Positions 26,601-30,904 of a stretch of DNA of 64,000 bases are shown here, piece by piece; within the stretch, counting starts at the first letter, position 1, and every line of letters begins with the position of its first letter. The notes below the pieces were generated by a model. That model was not told where the DNA came from. It did not search any database and was given only the letters and a program-made list of their open reading frames with translations. The DNA is taken from the IMG/VR virus record IMGVR_UViG_3300020036_006490; one strand, 5' to 3'. The position numbers were made by a program, and so were the translations under genes. This stretch comes from an uncultured virus (IMG/VR IMGVR_UViG_3300020036_006490) (Duplodnaviria; Heunggongvirae; Uroviricota; Caudoviricetes; Crassvirales).

Positions 26601-27638
26601 GCACAACCTATTGATGTAATAATATTAGACAGCACTGTAGCTGAAGAAGCTGAAGAAATTAAAAAGAATTGTGAAGGGTCTGGAGGACTTACAGCAGAGT
26701 CTGGATTAACAATTGGATTCACTCCAGGATCTAAATGGTCTTTAGTTAAAGATCTTAAAGGACCTTCACATGCACAAGGTGGTATAGATTTATCTATTGA
26801 TAATGGAAGAGTTATGTACTCAGATGGAAATACTAAGTTTCATGCAGCTAATGGATTAGTATTACCAGCAAATACTCCTGATCCTCTTTTGGGGAATATA
26901 GCAAACACAATAAATTTACCAGAAATTGAAATTACGGCTAAAAGAACTTTGTTAGATAATTTAAAAGGAGGTGTTAGAAAGATTAAAAATAATGTAACTA
27001 ATACAATAAATAAAATTCCAAATTATTTGATGGATGCTGTAGAACAAACAAAGAACTTTGTAACTCATCCAAAAGTTCCTCAAAGCAATGTGGGATATTA
27101 TATGAAGGAATATTCATCTTTAGCAGCCGCACCATTAAATGCTAGACTTTTAATTGCGGATATTCTAGGAAATCGTGAACCCATTACTGAAAGAGATTTA
27201 ACTGATCAAGAGTTAGAAGCATTAAGAAATGTAGCTAATACAGCTATGAAAAAAGGACATTCATACATAAAATACCCTGATTACAGTTCTGGAAATAGTA
27301 ATATAAAACAAGCAAATAATCCAGAAAGTAGTTTACAGTTTTTAAAAAATCAATTTGATCCAGAATATAGAATAAAAACTGCTATAGGTCAAGCAAACAT
27401 AGAAATTAATGATAAAGACACTTTCGTAGTAGATAAATATAATTTTAATGATGCTGGAAAAAAATCTTTAAAAGAGATTTTAGCTATACAAAATGGTAGT
27501 CCTTATAGTGCTGTAAGAGGTCTTGCATCTTTGATGGGATCACCTGAGGGAGAAGGAGCACCAATTAAAATTAAATTAAATAAGAAAAAACAGAAATCTA
27601 TACCATTGCAAAATAGATGGGATTTAATAACTGATTAA
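8676..27638 (+). CDS. Giant (6320 aa) virion polyprotein containing the crAss-type DNA-dependent RNA polymerase plus accessory domains
   Basis: Catalytic GWDFDVD at 22971-22991, preceded by GFRIP and RTDGVVFVTP (~21745). Also SF1 helicase motifs (13242-14120), zincin HEVIH (16686) and YkuD-like SWGCVN (18165). Confidence 0.85.
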   Translation: MIDTTPLIPNTPIPYSGEPRKQYTPGPEVQRNNEQLARQIQHPTFGDIYTRDVSGTPYKDFKSYDTNISPYSNQAFLRGENQKWYEQAVNGTLNMIPSTILKVVGTGASLAGGFEGLLSGKGFIKGSSENSASQSLREIEDYFKNEILPVHGTRAYSEGNAVSRLGTTSWLFNDFADGVSFMASAYLTGLGIQGVLGKMGSITKGLQQAGLTAASEKNIASFAAKQLIKFKDASGLATKHLATGFVNTVFEASAEAHDSREQIETYYNAKIQAAESSGDMQLAKQLEHEKEINADSAMASTFLFNAALLSFTNTLLEAKWFLNKAKSSNTALKNELLAKGVRDQSDEALEGLINSAKEGIKKPNYLREFGKGVFNEAYIEENYQAAVQNRFFNKYSQTRDEKDNSIFSNMGYDLGSIILQSAKNAKGFTKDVLALPFHALGLDTSGFETKAGSAEDEAAQAMFAAVGISGPMAMKAAHSEYIQDLEAVGEVSQEVKNLVNIVKLSGEHLIENVRQPLRKFTNTSVDADGKANTEETIVNPVTGKHEFDPVEFAKGNKRGANVLDKHKKAVQAVMAEDEEALSIISDQVTNEWGYDLFSLSQGRITDDELQIILDNHPAFQNKDLQQLGLDNIIADRKDTLKKSVETLKKLSSKYEIMSDFIPQADLSKLTDEEREIEINKRFDKSLDRSIRNDVMRTEFFVNYNKDAVLKADDTLQAYKDDTAIDEEVLKNMTPEQGGRYLDLIDYNQALADLAKGDKSITKQIITKQLTRSSKFQRDYLDILKRHNKVSEDLKEAKTEKEKAELSQKSKELQEEFDQKKYLKEEEEKIEGWEAITSSLQVGDSKISVPHYSVSDSIERKVGARRLYNGNLKTSIRANTAGKLVAKDVLDARLTPILNEIKTGPITGQRLAEIVQELSDLVTNVSSVSLGSPVLLQILEKLRKDYLLSEEAIISANKDLKNIIVGDNGPVDTSIVGELETLIELIDGGQGEEVAGFLDDEDSPLHNLFNLVDKQRNNSNASPELKKAIVDTYQQFIIDTANKFLEGPELAAILATDLNSNEDVFKRIVSFVVDIDNSESLVKLREFVSEYFDKNGSNNSQAIEQLKQLINTKAPKSRIQDDLNAVKEIKRNPDEFNISEAYKSLTSIAQELIPIFAELTDIALLYTGDDRIKVAQNHTVKDTNINNYTDLEKVFQAIYDLKNAKKVFENRKDISDEFRTKMLDKINTQLTLLNIIEERVQANVYKSDLQNQLYLDHKTFGLLSAFGIMTKNSDVDPENAVVKLFQEILKDTDINVVDELTRHRDSKSLSALMGFISLAQTKANPEQIKEINTLLDNFAEGLQLEILSKHANLFRGKESVPGTFAEFAKNPSKKARSFFLHTFFMFDGRKIKDNKVQEDKLNAYKQDPKSGFFQITEHNNFLEALKIANEDVKRGLISEVEYDNLKIFVNQILRPLQGIEALKNNLNSKYSYATLQEEVFKISGQKNLNLSQQQFAAMMDSLLFLLSDNNSNVDQLGYAAVLSGVLGSGKSTLVGLLTNIHAKLTGKDSVKHVLGTAHVDVASENINKHIDSTSTQNKTVGQLTSDDLKDTEILVVDEAFAMSNDQIDSLHLLIKEINALRTSNKIKVLFVGDMSQNRLDQDHILASDTFTRDNGVIKSAQALTIISPLATIYRTSIDAIASTLFKFKDSIEDIAAVDTKSTITSLQEYTNQALGIVQVNSEALPQFLAARDTTRSALVIVNSSEEVGKFIASLTQFTQKSLKELNIEVKSYYDVQSLTRDEAYILLDKTKPGHHGQMFTNKTFNSAMYTSIGRAKQFVGISGNSVIVNSEKQELDDAISIGEIIKQKLKDATTNFENGFIYAMGKYFDKAVTKNTTKEKEAEKTEETDVVPIDIDKDDKEDLDEDNNPIPDQPEDEDYTNPDGTSNDIITEIGSKTDSSLSARLNNTNNAAIKRVLKGRTSTDGVDAIVVKREKVLPTGGTQIMYSIMVPDISGNYHEVAVLDTEELNGTFVSLINDNIPVLDVFREGLRESDLAPHQVGRFKLSYLSNGKYDNTGEEKNTNLSDLVIQWAKGFYGDNWKDSPLFNKDGSIDWSKFQTSVITRKLYDQLKLSERGFSAGILGATILRIKEYNPKAPKSLDQFIILNTQQAHLSKGWYNKTVAPIQKFYAATKAVEDILVAEPFVTANVNDYNLYLGDSKLRFNTDLLDAFAREAYTYGDVALRKNSLEILRNILSGDALKFNMKNISDEQLLKLQDALHELVGLAYIKKSKQLVIPNTPEAIKELEDTYGKGYTFDLTTHPTHNKKPNTKFIIVKVLNENNEPIKFLVQSHSLGNSEVQKAFKNFSRNAGDRKFKGHTLNVTHTYTKEGRNGLEVEKVSSPKTLVSLRRGSKNGKTGQSSIGWYGLMKARFRWMISEHPNGTRYAENVQDKQALSTLRKEFNRIIDTEFNGKGKYIGGNDELIERLSRDFPEEMNHVLDSLYDESTVPVTSTLLQAISEIAENTPIYLDPQQKVNPDGSVSEGEPTPLRINMDAGIGSRVMTDSKTRDFVESATTNRFINYTPGGVELELKEKPNDGETLKSASLKRVNANINNEEAVYKKVSYNPNVDTIVEQHIKVIADMVKDHLGSINFFVDEKQGDALGGVTYFRDVDNNPVVLFGKETIGLSLFYHEVIHALTQQVILKDDKDCTEKELLFKKRISNIFNLFKDNLKDYSDLSIEDILGSTWSDLDEHEFIANLTNTKLVEILQQMKVQDIKSKNLFQAILDAILNLFGLTEKDNPDLYELTLKSLSDLITKDAANSGPDVIIAPVPIDVIPLPSEKKPWKARTKQETEISNLEYKIRALDIADDSATKEIERLEEANKQLEGIIPEIQEALDNVKKKLKEKKESKTPVVGEQNQSPITVQPDEQFLSNVVESQVSIDDIENIADEEDIDESEVVDRIKQEVRNSIDNLIPAKPLGKTLQRIITKILNSLFSFALVVTTMFGNLPGLNAYDYRDKVITTESISSQFIESKIKNSEVYQQLTEDGKIILINQAKLKSDKPFILVDKPTATAYIFNKDGVLQKSFPVVLGAAIGDSANQADVNSTRPGKYATTPAGRYNLKYGGGSEEDYINYHNKAYYLTDSKTGKLAKNGVSLHIVYQGELEKRTKALNTPTPNDNRLSWGCVNVDEKIWDESIAPIVDSGLDVIITRDFQTTPFLSFSNDTSTTNRIDGRVANIISDLELNKASLDYEYSERALETLLDRARKVMTDNRDIIKKYQDKINSNAKERTSLLKELKKLKKNLEPQVEEPKQTPKQRVDSFSLKARKYISEHGWSMEPSELIRFNEFLEKVEKFKVPGMAVKYIEKVLPTFNTTNKLFHLNFSTTLGADSQSTSPDSTFLKVANQGLMSLTKEFGGSVALLNEALFQTRKSVYEAMNGNTLTGLADPISFQKAKGIAYKNLSEDAGNMVQQFLITLENSGPLINSLNIDSIQKAVRVFEEKRQALSLLDEGTDLYNDTETIVETLNNIILQYRTPILALEKMANDKSIFFKLLNQVFNNWTVFELTPEDEQTEKDQANLANEIQNNEEVNIIESFSTEVKNFLSLIPIRDENDRIVSFVMPKTAITFLAELLHDDIDLYSVESTRQLRVSLVTMQRNGIIDKSKKAILDKLIQTIERFNLSQNEVVTRDKQGRETGRKIENILPKTTTIFIDYFGDHLDAINIPVYLIQAVDPADSLDLTGMSHKEAVYEYGDRVTVTKYADMETLLKANPEANQDLLKKMYYIHQAYNDLTNIKVYLGSLMNVNYIQGSEDSYSTGYGEERILDRKSSLTRVSGSNILNKSKNQLANLLIDIFSGSAFRMNGKVVTVNKSNVRDVFSGLINKLSTDPQSGVLELLKILNSANLLNFDDSVKSTIAYNELIKNIATSFVELYNKVLDDKEVLNRIFELNNSEDKLNETQIDQRRELNALFYRDVKFDALAVSFRQLAKAHVEVRGFNSIKTVDGKRLASFIPTSTFREVLKDYRRYKEGKTSRFLNSEFFGENIFLNGVNSIKDTTTRFYALESGRYIYNATGLSAAKKVSIAFNDAFISSIANTDVYFQMIYQQGEATKPEMPQVSFLKYEGIEKALDSMLKQLLVLDTDQVAQKKYQKEHRLNFSLYENAKKDLGKEDSSLSDANYRKQLVDHMIKQLFSRAQEMRKGLKSSQIPLTGNLRKAYTKVKASYVDSRSNTALASVLDFTQLAENLDDYYPHSTSFKDRIYPDDNELDLILFSFVANNYVNSFGLSQLAYGDFNMYGDIETLVKRAQMSASPGYLPLIHSKYGVERYANILMGTDVETPGSEYMKLLGNFNLSAREIEEIRDQLRDGDKFDSIERTDGVVFVTPRYFAKLQKSFGSGLNLRNVMKDQAFGWSEEIIADKEHYFATKEELYKYLKETKGLEKPIQNTHYIEELAEGYKDVISGYYPTKVKMQPVGLKNAMVVLDEAFIQQNSASREQLTKLKKLLDTAEVNGKNIDMLVFKSSNKVGAESTHNIFDNDGKLIENSEQNIEDSIIKLDMSLFKIQYNPHSEDTTTAVPRQLLHFANTIVDSPNSPEAQELYSTLASIQNLSYLNKFGSYDLDMSTIRGMFESTVQKGDENFVILSGISAGLPLDHPSLAVKAISSLGSTLNSIASRIRVPGGKLILRSDIGYELKDGKTKRKLTIGTSELGTPYAEAVIPAHFLTSAQKDAIASGKPLFIIPEMFGFRIPSGDMNAGLMIKVVDFYETEGRSNIAILPDLEIFKQGWDFDVDALFLLNFAELDKDYSIGKLNLTKGSLPGFELSKDGKSVYNILNGDSFEEFEKDLIAEVKSANNRIDSIENKLQSFKTAESKESLEYKELSSNLRREKKAIKDLNKIRITALKNRFVRGFFMLYNNPKNAGRILDVTTTKVIDNAIAMLRKDGLYDETPSMDLSFLEDNIAQYLNVNEASKAIGIYAKGSSVNAYIGHAGQLGTNNRPQIGEEMQFTMNGVLVDRIDPVTYAFGKKTSAYTLNNKLLNAFLDALKNPKIFTIGFNGANANLVDSALSVGGLNFEDVVLMFNHPLIKEAFKKRSFNDLMKEVEKSVVDAEGKYKESFLKLAVTTNDLKEAYKIHKANLLSEVAIAKDDTADATFKQSDDDALQTSEQIPSSEETTSEGFKQEDNLGLDTDDALTKMLQVLLKIHKISGQKFKYIALINNAQDKPSSLSDIFKWETDIKKLFNEEFLEDLVSKAAILDSKKTVDDLYKNLKSLIGDLREKNSKKTILAPDVQFDTEKILEKTPHLIVSLMQTLIHIENLKKNFAILSPNALAVAGSFLPTLDAQRADSNSAKMLSVYTLSDMLISSFVSDLINTRGATISKYNSKESELSRRSYEGIAAFNHKFAQKIKAVEELESKLQLKNKYFRKNIFLEHILVNIGNLIQVKASEAYSIANFESVDYFTAFNNLSRYAFEEVLDENGNFVGYSAYEDFAQTESSLQQDFVTYATFKYGLRAAGNNYIGAIAPEYLAKYTKFINRMYKIWLTRNPDVSNLKDLFKIYAGLKYFKSVPTVAKYTKDDTGNYETTLRDNKDGVFTTALKNELRKEFGRDFYFDHAIMYDSKNATPDLFLRLNDEKNIQKQKFLVRVAVLKEGGQKAVALYQKISHGETLLTQRPYKIADHFLTDKPTMKFIPSVGYFIHDETVLDSEGNQVANEFSVPYNKETHKDHNLAPQIYGTYYDDVLRHNLSLLELVNYETYKEDNVLKFRVVQSDIGYRNFDESTNRYTDSKQTQDEINQKDVKLRRQYFAMQKAPIDYFDISKGSRYFGPNNVLVHMTNEVNIPLNKQAKLAHFSNRDGKLSGKRKKLSQMDYSEIGTTNKLVTGKKGFGFPLVVNQTNDSKNPTKEFNASKSTIVKSLRLLFTEAKNNPDKIFQMVFNDVADGSKLTLAEFASYIVNAKVPIPSNIFMNPKLYNEVKRLSDIQREDKLVTPKEKVVDLAQPIDVIILDSTVAEEAEEIKKNCEGSGGLTAESGLTIGFTPGSKWSLVKDLKGPSHAQGGIDLSIDNGRVMYSDGNTKFHAANGLVLPANTPDPLLGNIANTINLPEIEITAKRTLLDNLKGGVRKIKNNVTNTINKIPNYLMDAVEQTKNFVTHPKVPQSNVGYYMKEYSSLAAAPLNARLLIADILGNREPITERDLTDQELEALRNVANTAMKKGHSYIKYPDYSSGNSNIKQANNPESSLQFLKNQFDPEYRIKTAIGQANIEINDKDTFVVDKYNFNDAGKKSLKEILAIQNGSPYSAVRGLASLMGSPEGEGAPIKIKLNKKKQKSIPLQNRWDLITD

Positions 27639-27642
27639 AAAT

Positions 27643-27964
27643 ATGAAAACTAAAGTAGAAGCACAAGGTGGTGTTTATAGTATAAAAAATAATATTAATA
27701 ATAAAATTTATATAGGATCAACCTCAAATTTTAAAAGAAACTGAAGAAAAACTATCACTACATATGATTGAAACAAGAAAAAGCAAAGATTGGCCTATTT
27801 TTGTTGGAGAAAATAATCCAAATAGTAAATTTACAGATATACAAGTTTCCAATATTAAAGAAATGCTGCATGAAGGTATTAAGCAAAGTGACATTGCTAA
27901 AATGTTTAATGTTTCAAAAAGTTGTATTAATAAAATTTTTAAGAATAAAGTTATAAAAATATAA
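27643..27964 (+). pseudogene. Internally deleted, frameshifted GIY-YIG homing endonuclease
   Basis: ATG 27643 gives MKTKVEAQGGVYSIKNNINNKIYIGSTSNFKRN* (GIY-YIG signature; TGA 27742-27744). Another frame then continues ETEEKLS..GENNPNSKFT..QSDIAKMFNVSKSCI (NUMOD/HTH-like tail). The rest of the catalytic domain is missing. Confidence 0.75.
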
Positions 27965-27967
27965 GAC

Positions 27968-30484
27968 ATGCGTATTAATGCACAGGGAGGCGAGTTAGTA
28001 TTACGAAACGAACATGGTGATACTATCATTGTACCACGAGAAAGAAGGAAAGAAGCTATGAAAGCTTTATTAAAAGATGATCATAGGGCTATAGATTCAT
28101 TAGCTTTGCAGTTACCCAAGGCTGAATCTTATGCTGCTGGAGGTACAGTTATGAAAGGTGAAGATCCAGTAGAAGGTATGATGGGACCTGAAACTACAAT
28201 TACAGCTAAAAGACCTGAAAAGTCTATAGGTAATTTCTTTAGAAAATGGGGACATGAACACTCTGAAAATCCTACATTTGGTAAAGATTCTTTTCTAGGT
28301 GCGATAGGATCAATGGTAACTTCAGCAGCATTACTACCTCAAGCAGCGATTACATACGCACTAGATCCCAAAGGAAACGTAACACCTGCAAAAGCTTTAC
28401 AACAAAATGGTATAACAGACAAAATGAATAAGTTTGCTTCTAATAATACTAATGCTTTAGGTGCTATGGTATCACTTTTAGCTAATCCAAATGTGCAAAA
28501 TACTGTATTAGATCCTTTATTGGCTTCAAATGAAATAGCTAAAGGGGTTAGTAAAGGAGCAGAATTAGCTAACAGTATAGGTAGAACAGCATTAGTAGCT
28601 GGAGACAATTTAGGAGCTAAATATTTACCCAATGCTCATAAATTAAATCCTAAAGCTTTCAAGCCCAACGTAGATGCTTATTACAGAGGTCTTGGAAAGA
28701 CGGGGCTGGAAGATGCAATTGAAATGGGATACTTAAGGTCAAATAAGATGGGAAAATTTGGAGATGACTTATATTTATCTAGTAGCTTTAAGGAAGCAGA
28801 CTATTATTCAAATAATCGAATACCTTGGACTATTTTAGACGATGGATCTATAGTAGATGACATGTCAAGAGCTTCTGGTATAGATACCGGGAAGTATTTT
28901 GCTGAAATTCCAAAGAAAAGTGTAAATGCTAAACCTTATCATATAAATGATACCCAATATATAACAAATGAAACTATATCTTTAGATAAAGTAAGATTTC
29001 TAAAAGAGGATTGGCTAAAAGGATATAAAGAAATAGAAGTACCTAATCAAATAAATTCTTCTGTAGATGATGTTGTTCAGCCTATTACACCTAAACCTTG
29101 GCAAATGCAAGAATTACCAGGATTACATTTAAAATCCACAATGGAAGGAGAAGCTATTTCTAAAATAATAGAACCTAAAACAGGTTTAATAAATACAGAG
29201 CAAGCTCTTGCTATTATAGGAAAAGAATCAGGAGGTGCTGATAAAGTTGCTTTGATAAGACAAGGATTAGGAGATAATATTCCTAAGAAAATGAATTACA
29301 ATGATTTTAGAAAAACTGTTCAAGATCAACTTATTCCTTTAGAAAGACAGTTTAGCGAACAAGCAAGTAATTATGGTGTAGGTAGATTGGGTTACCCGTC
29401 ACCAAAAAGAAGTAGTTATGAAAAAGCTATAGAACACAATGAACATATGATTGAACACTATAAAAAACAAATAGCTGCTGGAAGTGATAATTCTTCTTTA
29501 AAAGGGGATTTACAAAATGCTATTAATAATCTAGAAAATTCTAAAAAAGAATTAGCGACTTTACCATTAGAAAATCAAACTCTTATATTAGGAAATAAAA
29601 GCAAATTTGGTAGAGGTAGTTCTGCTCACGGTAATCCAGAGGCAACACTTGGGCATGCACACTTTTTAAGAGATGCTGAAACACCTGATGTATTAACAGT
29701 AACACAAATACAATCAGATGCTTTTCAAGGTACTCATAGAATAATGCCTAAAAATGCTCCTGATGCGGTAGCTTTAGAACGACAACAAAAATCTTTACAA
29801 AGAATGGAAGAAATACAAGAACGTAATAAATCTGTTCTTAATAAAATGAAAACAGAGGACGTTGATGAAGCAGGATTGCCTGTTCAAGATTATCAAATAA
29901 AACAATTTGAAGATATAGTAAAAGCTCAAGAACAAACTAATTTATTCAAAAAAGCACATATAGAAAACTTTACTCAAAAACAGCTATTAGATAAAAACCA
30001 TCAAGAAAGATATTTACAAGAACTTGTAGATTATGCTGGTAAAAGAGGAGATATTAATAAGGTAAGAGTGCCTACTTCGGAAACTGCTGCTAAAATTCAA
30101 GGGTACAGTAAACAAGTCCAAACAGGAGATAACACGCCTGGTTTTGCTCAATTACAAGAAGATTTAAGTATTGCAGTTAGAACAAGTAATGAACAAGAAG
30201 TAAATAGATTAATGAAACTACATGATGAAATGTTGAATACTCCTTATAAATCTTATTCATCAGAACATCAAACCATTCTTAAAAAATATAAAGACAATCC
30301 TAAAATTATTAAGAAACTCTTTGGAGAAGAACCTAAGGTAGTAACAGATAGTAAAGGTAATACTTGGTATGAATTTGATATACCTAAAAAGTTTAAAGAA
30401 GGTAAAGGGGAAATAAAAGCATTATCAACTCTTGGAGCTACTTTAGGAGTTAAACAAATAATAGATAATAATAAACAACAATAA
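27968..30484 (+). CDS. Multidomain virion cargo protein with a putative ADP-ribosyltransferase-like domain
   Basis: N-terminal AQGGELVLRN / YAAGG motifs. YYRG...LYLSSSFKEADYY at ~28680-28805 is an ART-like R and S pattern. The C-terminal VTQIQSD motif is seen in phage polyvalent proteins. Confidence 0.55.
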   Translation: MRINAQGGELVLRNEHGDTIIVPRERRKEAMKALLKDDHRAIDSLALQLPKAESYAAGGTVMKGEDPVEGMMGPETTITAKRPEKSIGNFFRKWGHEHSENPTFGKDSFLGAIGSMVTSAALLPQAAITYALDPKGNVTPAKALQQNGITDKMNKFASNNTNALGAMVSLLANPNVQNTVLDPLLASNEIAKGVSKGAELANSIGRTALVAGDNLGAKYLPNAHKLNPKAFKPNVDAYYRGLGKTGLEDAIEMGYLRSNKMGKFGDDLYLSSSFKEADYYSNNRIPWTILDDGSIVDDMSRASGIDTGKYFAEIPKKSVNAKPYHINDTQYITNETISLDKVRFLKEDWLKGYKEIEVPNQINSSVDDVVQPITPKPWQMQELPGLHLKSTMEGEAISKIIEPKTGLINTEQALAIIGKESGGADKVALIRQGLGDNIPKKMNYNDFRKTVQDQLIPLERQFSEQASNYGVGRLGYPSPKRSSYEKAIEHNEHMIEHYKKQIAAGSDNSSLKGDLQNAINNLENSKKELATLPLENQTLILGNKSKFGRGSSAHGNPEATLGHAHFLRDAETPDVLTVTQIQSDAFQGTHRIMPKNAPDAVALERQQKSLQRMEEIQERNKSVLNKMKTEDVDEAGLPVQDYQIKQFEDIVKAQEQTNLFKKAHIENFTQKQLLDKNHQERYLQELVDYAGKRGDINKVRVPTSETAAKIQGYSKQVQTGDNTPGFAQLQEDLSIAVRTSNEQEVNRLMKLHDEMLNTPYKSYSSEHQTILKKYKDNPKIIKKLFGEEPKVVTDSKGNTWYEFDIPKKFKEGKGEIKALSTLGATLGVKQIIDNNKQQ

Positions 30485-30485
30485 T

Positions 30486-30899
30486 ATGGCATACACATTA
30501 GCAAATGAGGAAGAATTCGAATCTCCTCAAGAAAAGAAATCAGAAAACACAATAGCATATGTTCTATCTTGTATGATGGAGCTTAGAGATAATGCACATA
30601 TAGCACATCTTCAATCTCGATCTTATGCAGAACATATAGCTTTAAATGAATTATACGATGCTATACCTGATTTATTTGACGGTCTAGCAGAATCTTGGCA
30701 AGGTAAATATGGAATCATTTCTGGTTACCATGCACCTGTGATTCAAGAAGGTATGAATTTTATCGACTATCTTAAATCTAAGGTAGAAGAAGTAAATGAG
30801 TTTAGAAAAACTGTAAAAGATACTTACATTCAAAATCAACTAGATACTATAGTAGAAACATTCTCTGGTATCCTATATAAATTACAATACTTAAAATAA
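30486..30899 (+). CDS. Ferritin/Dps-like protein (DUF5856-like)
   Basis: AHIAHLQSRSYAEHIALNELYD..DGLAESWQGKYG is a four-helix ferritin-like pattern with His/Asp/Glu ligands. Confidence 0.75.
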   Translation: MAYTLANEEEFESPQEKKSENTIAYVLSCMMELRDNAHIAHLQSRSYAEHIALNELYDAIPDLFDGLAESWQGKYGIISGYHAPVIQEGMNFIDYLKSKVEEVNEFRKTVKDTYIQNQLDTIVETFSGILYKLQYLK

Positions 30900-30904
30900 A
30901 TTAA

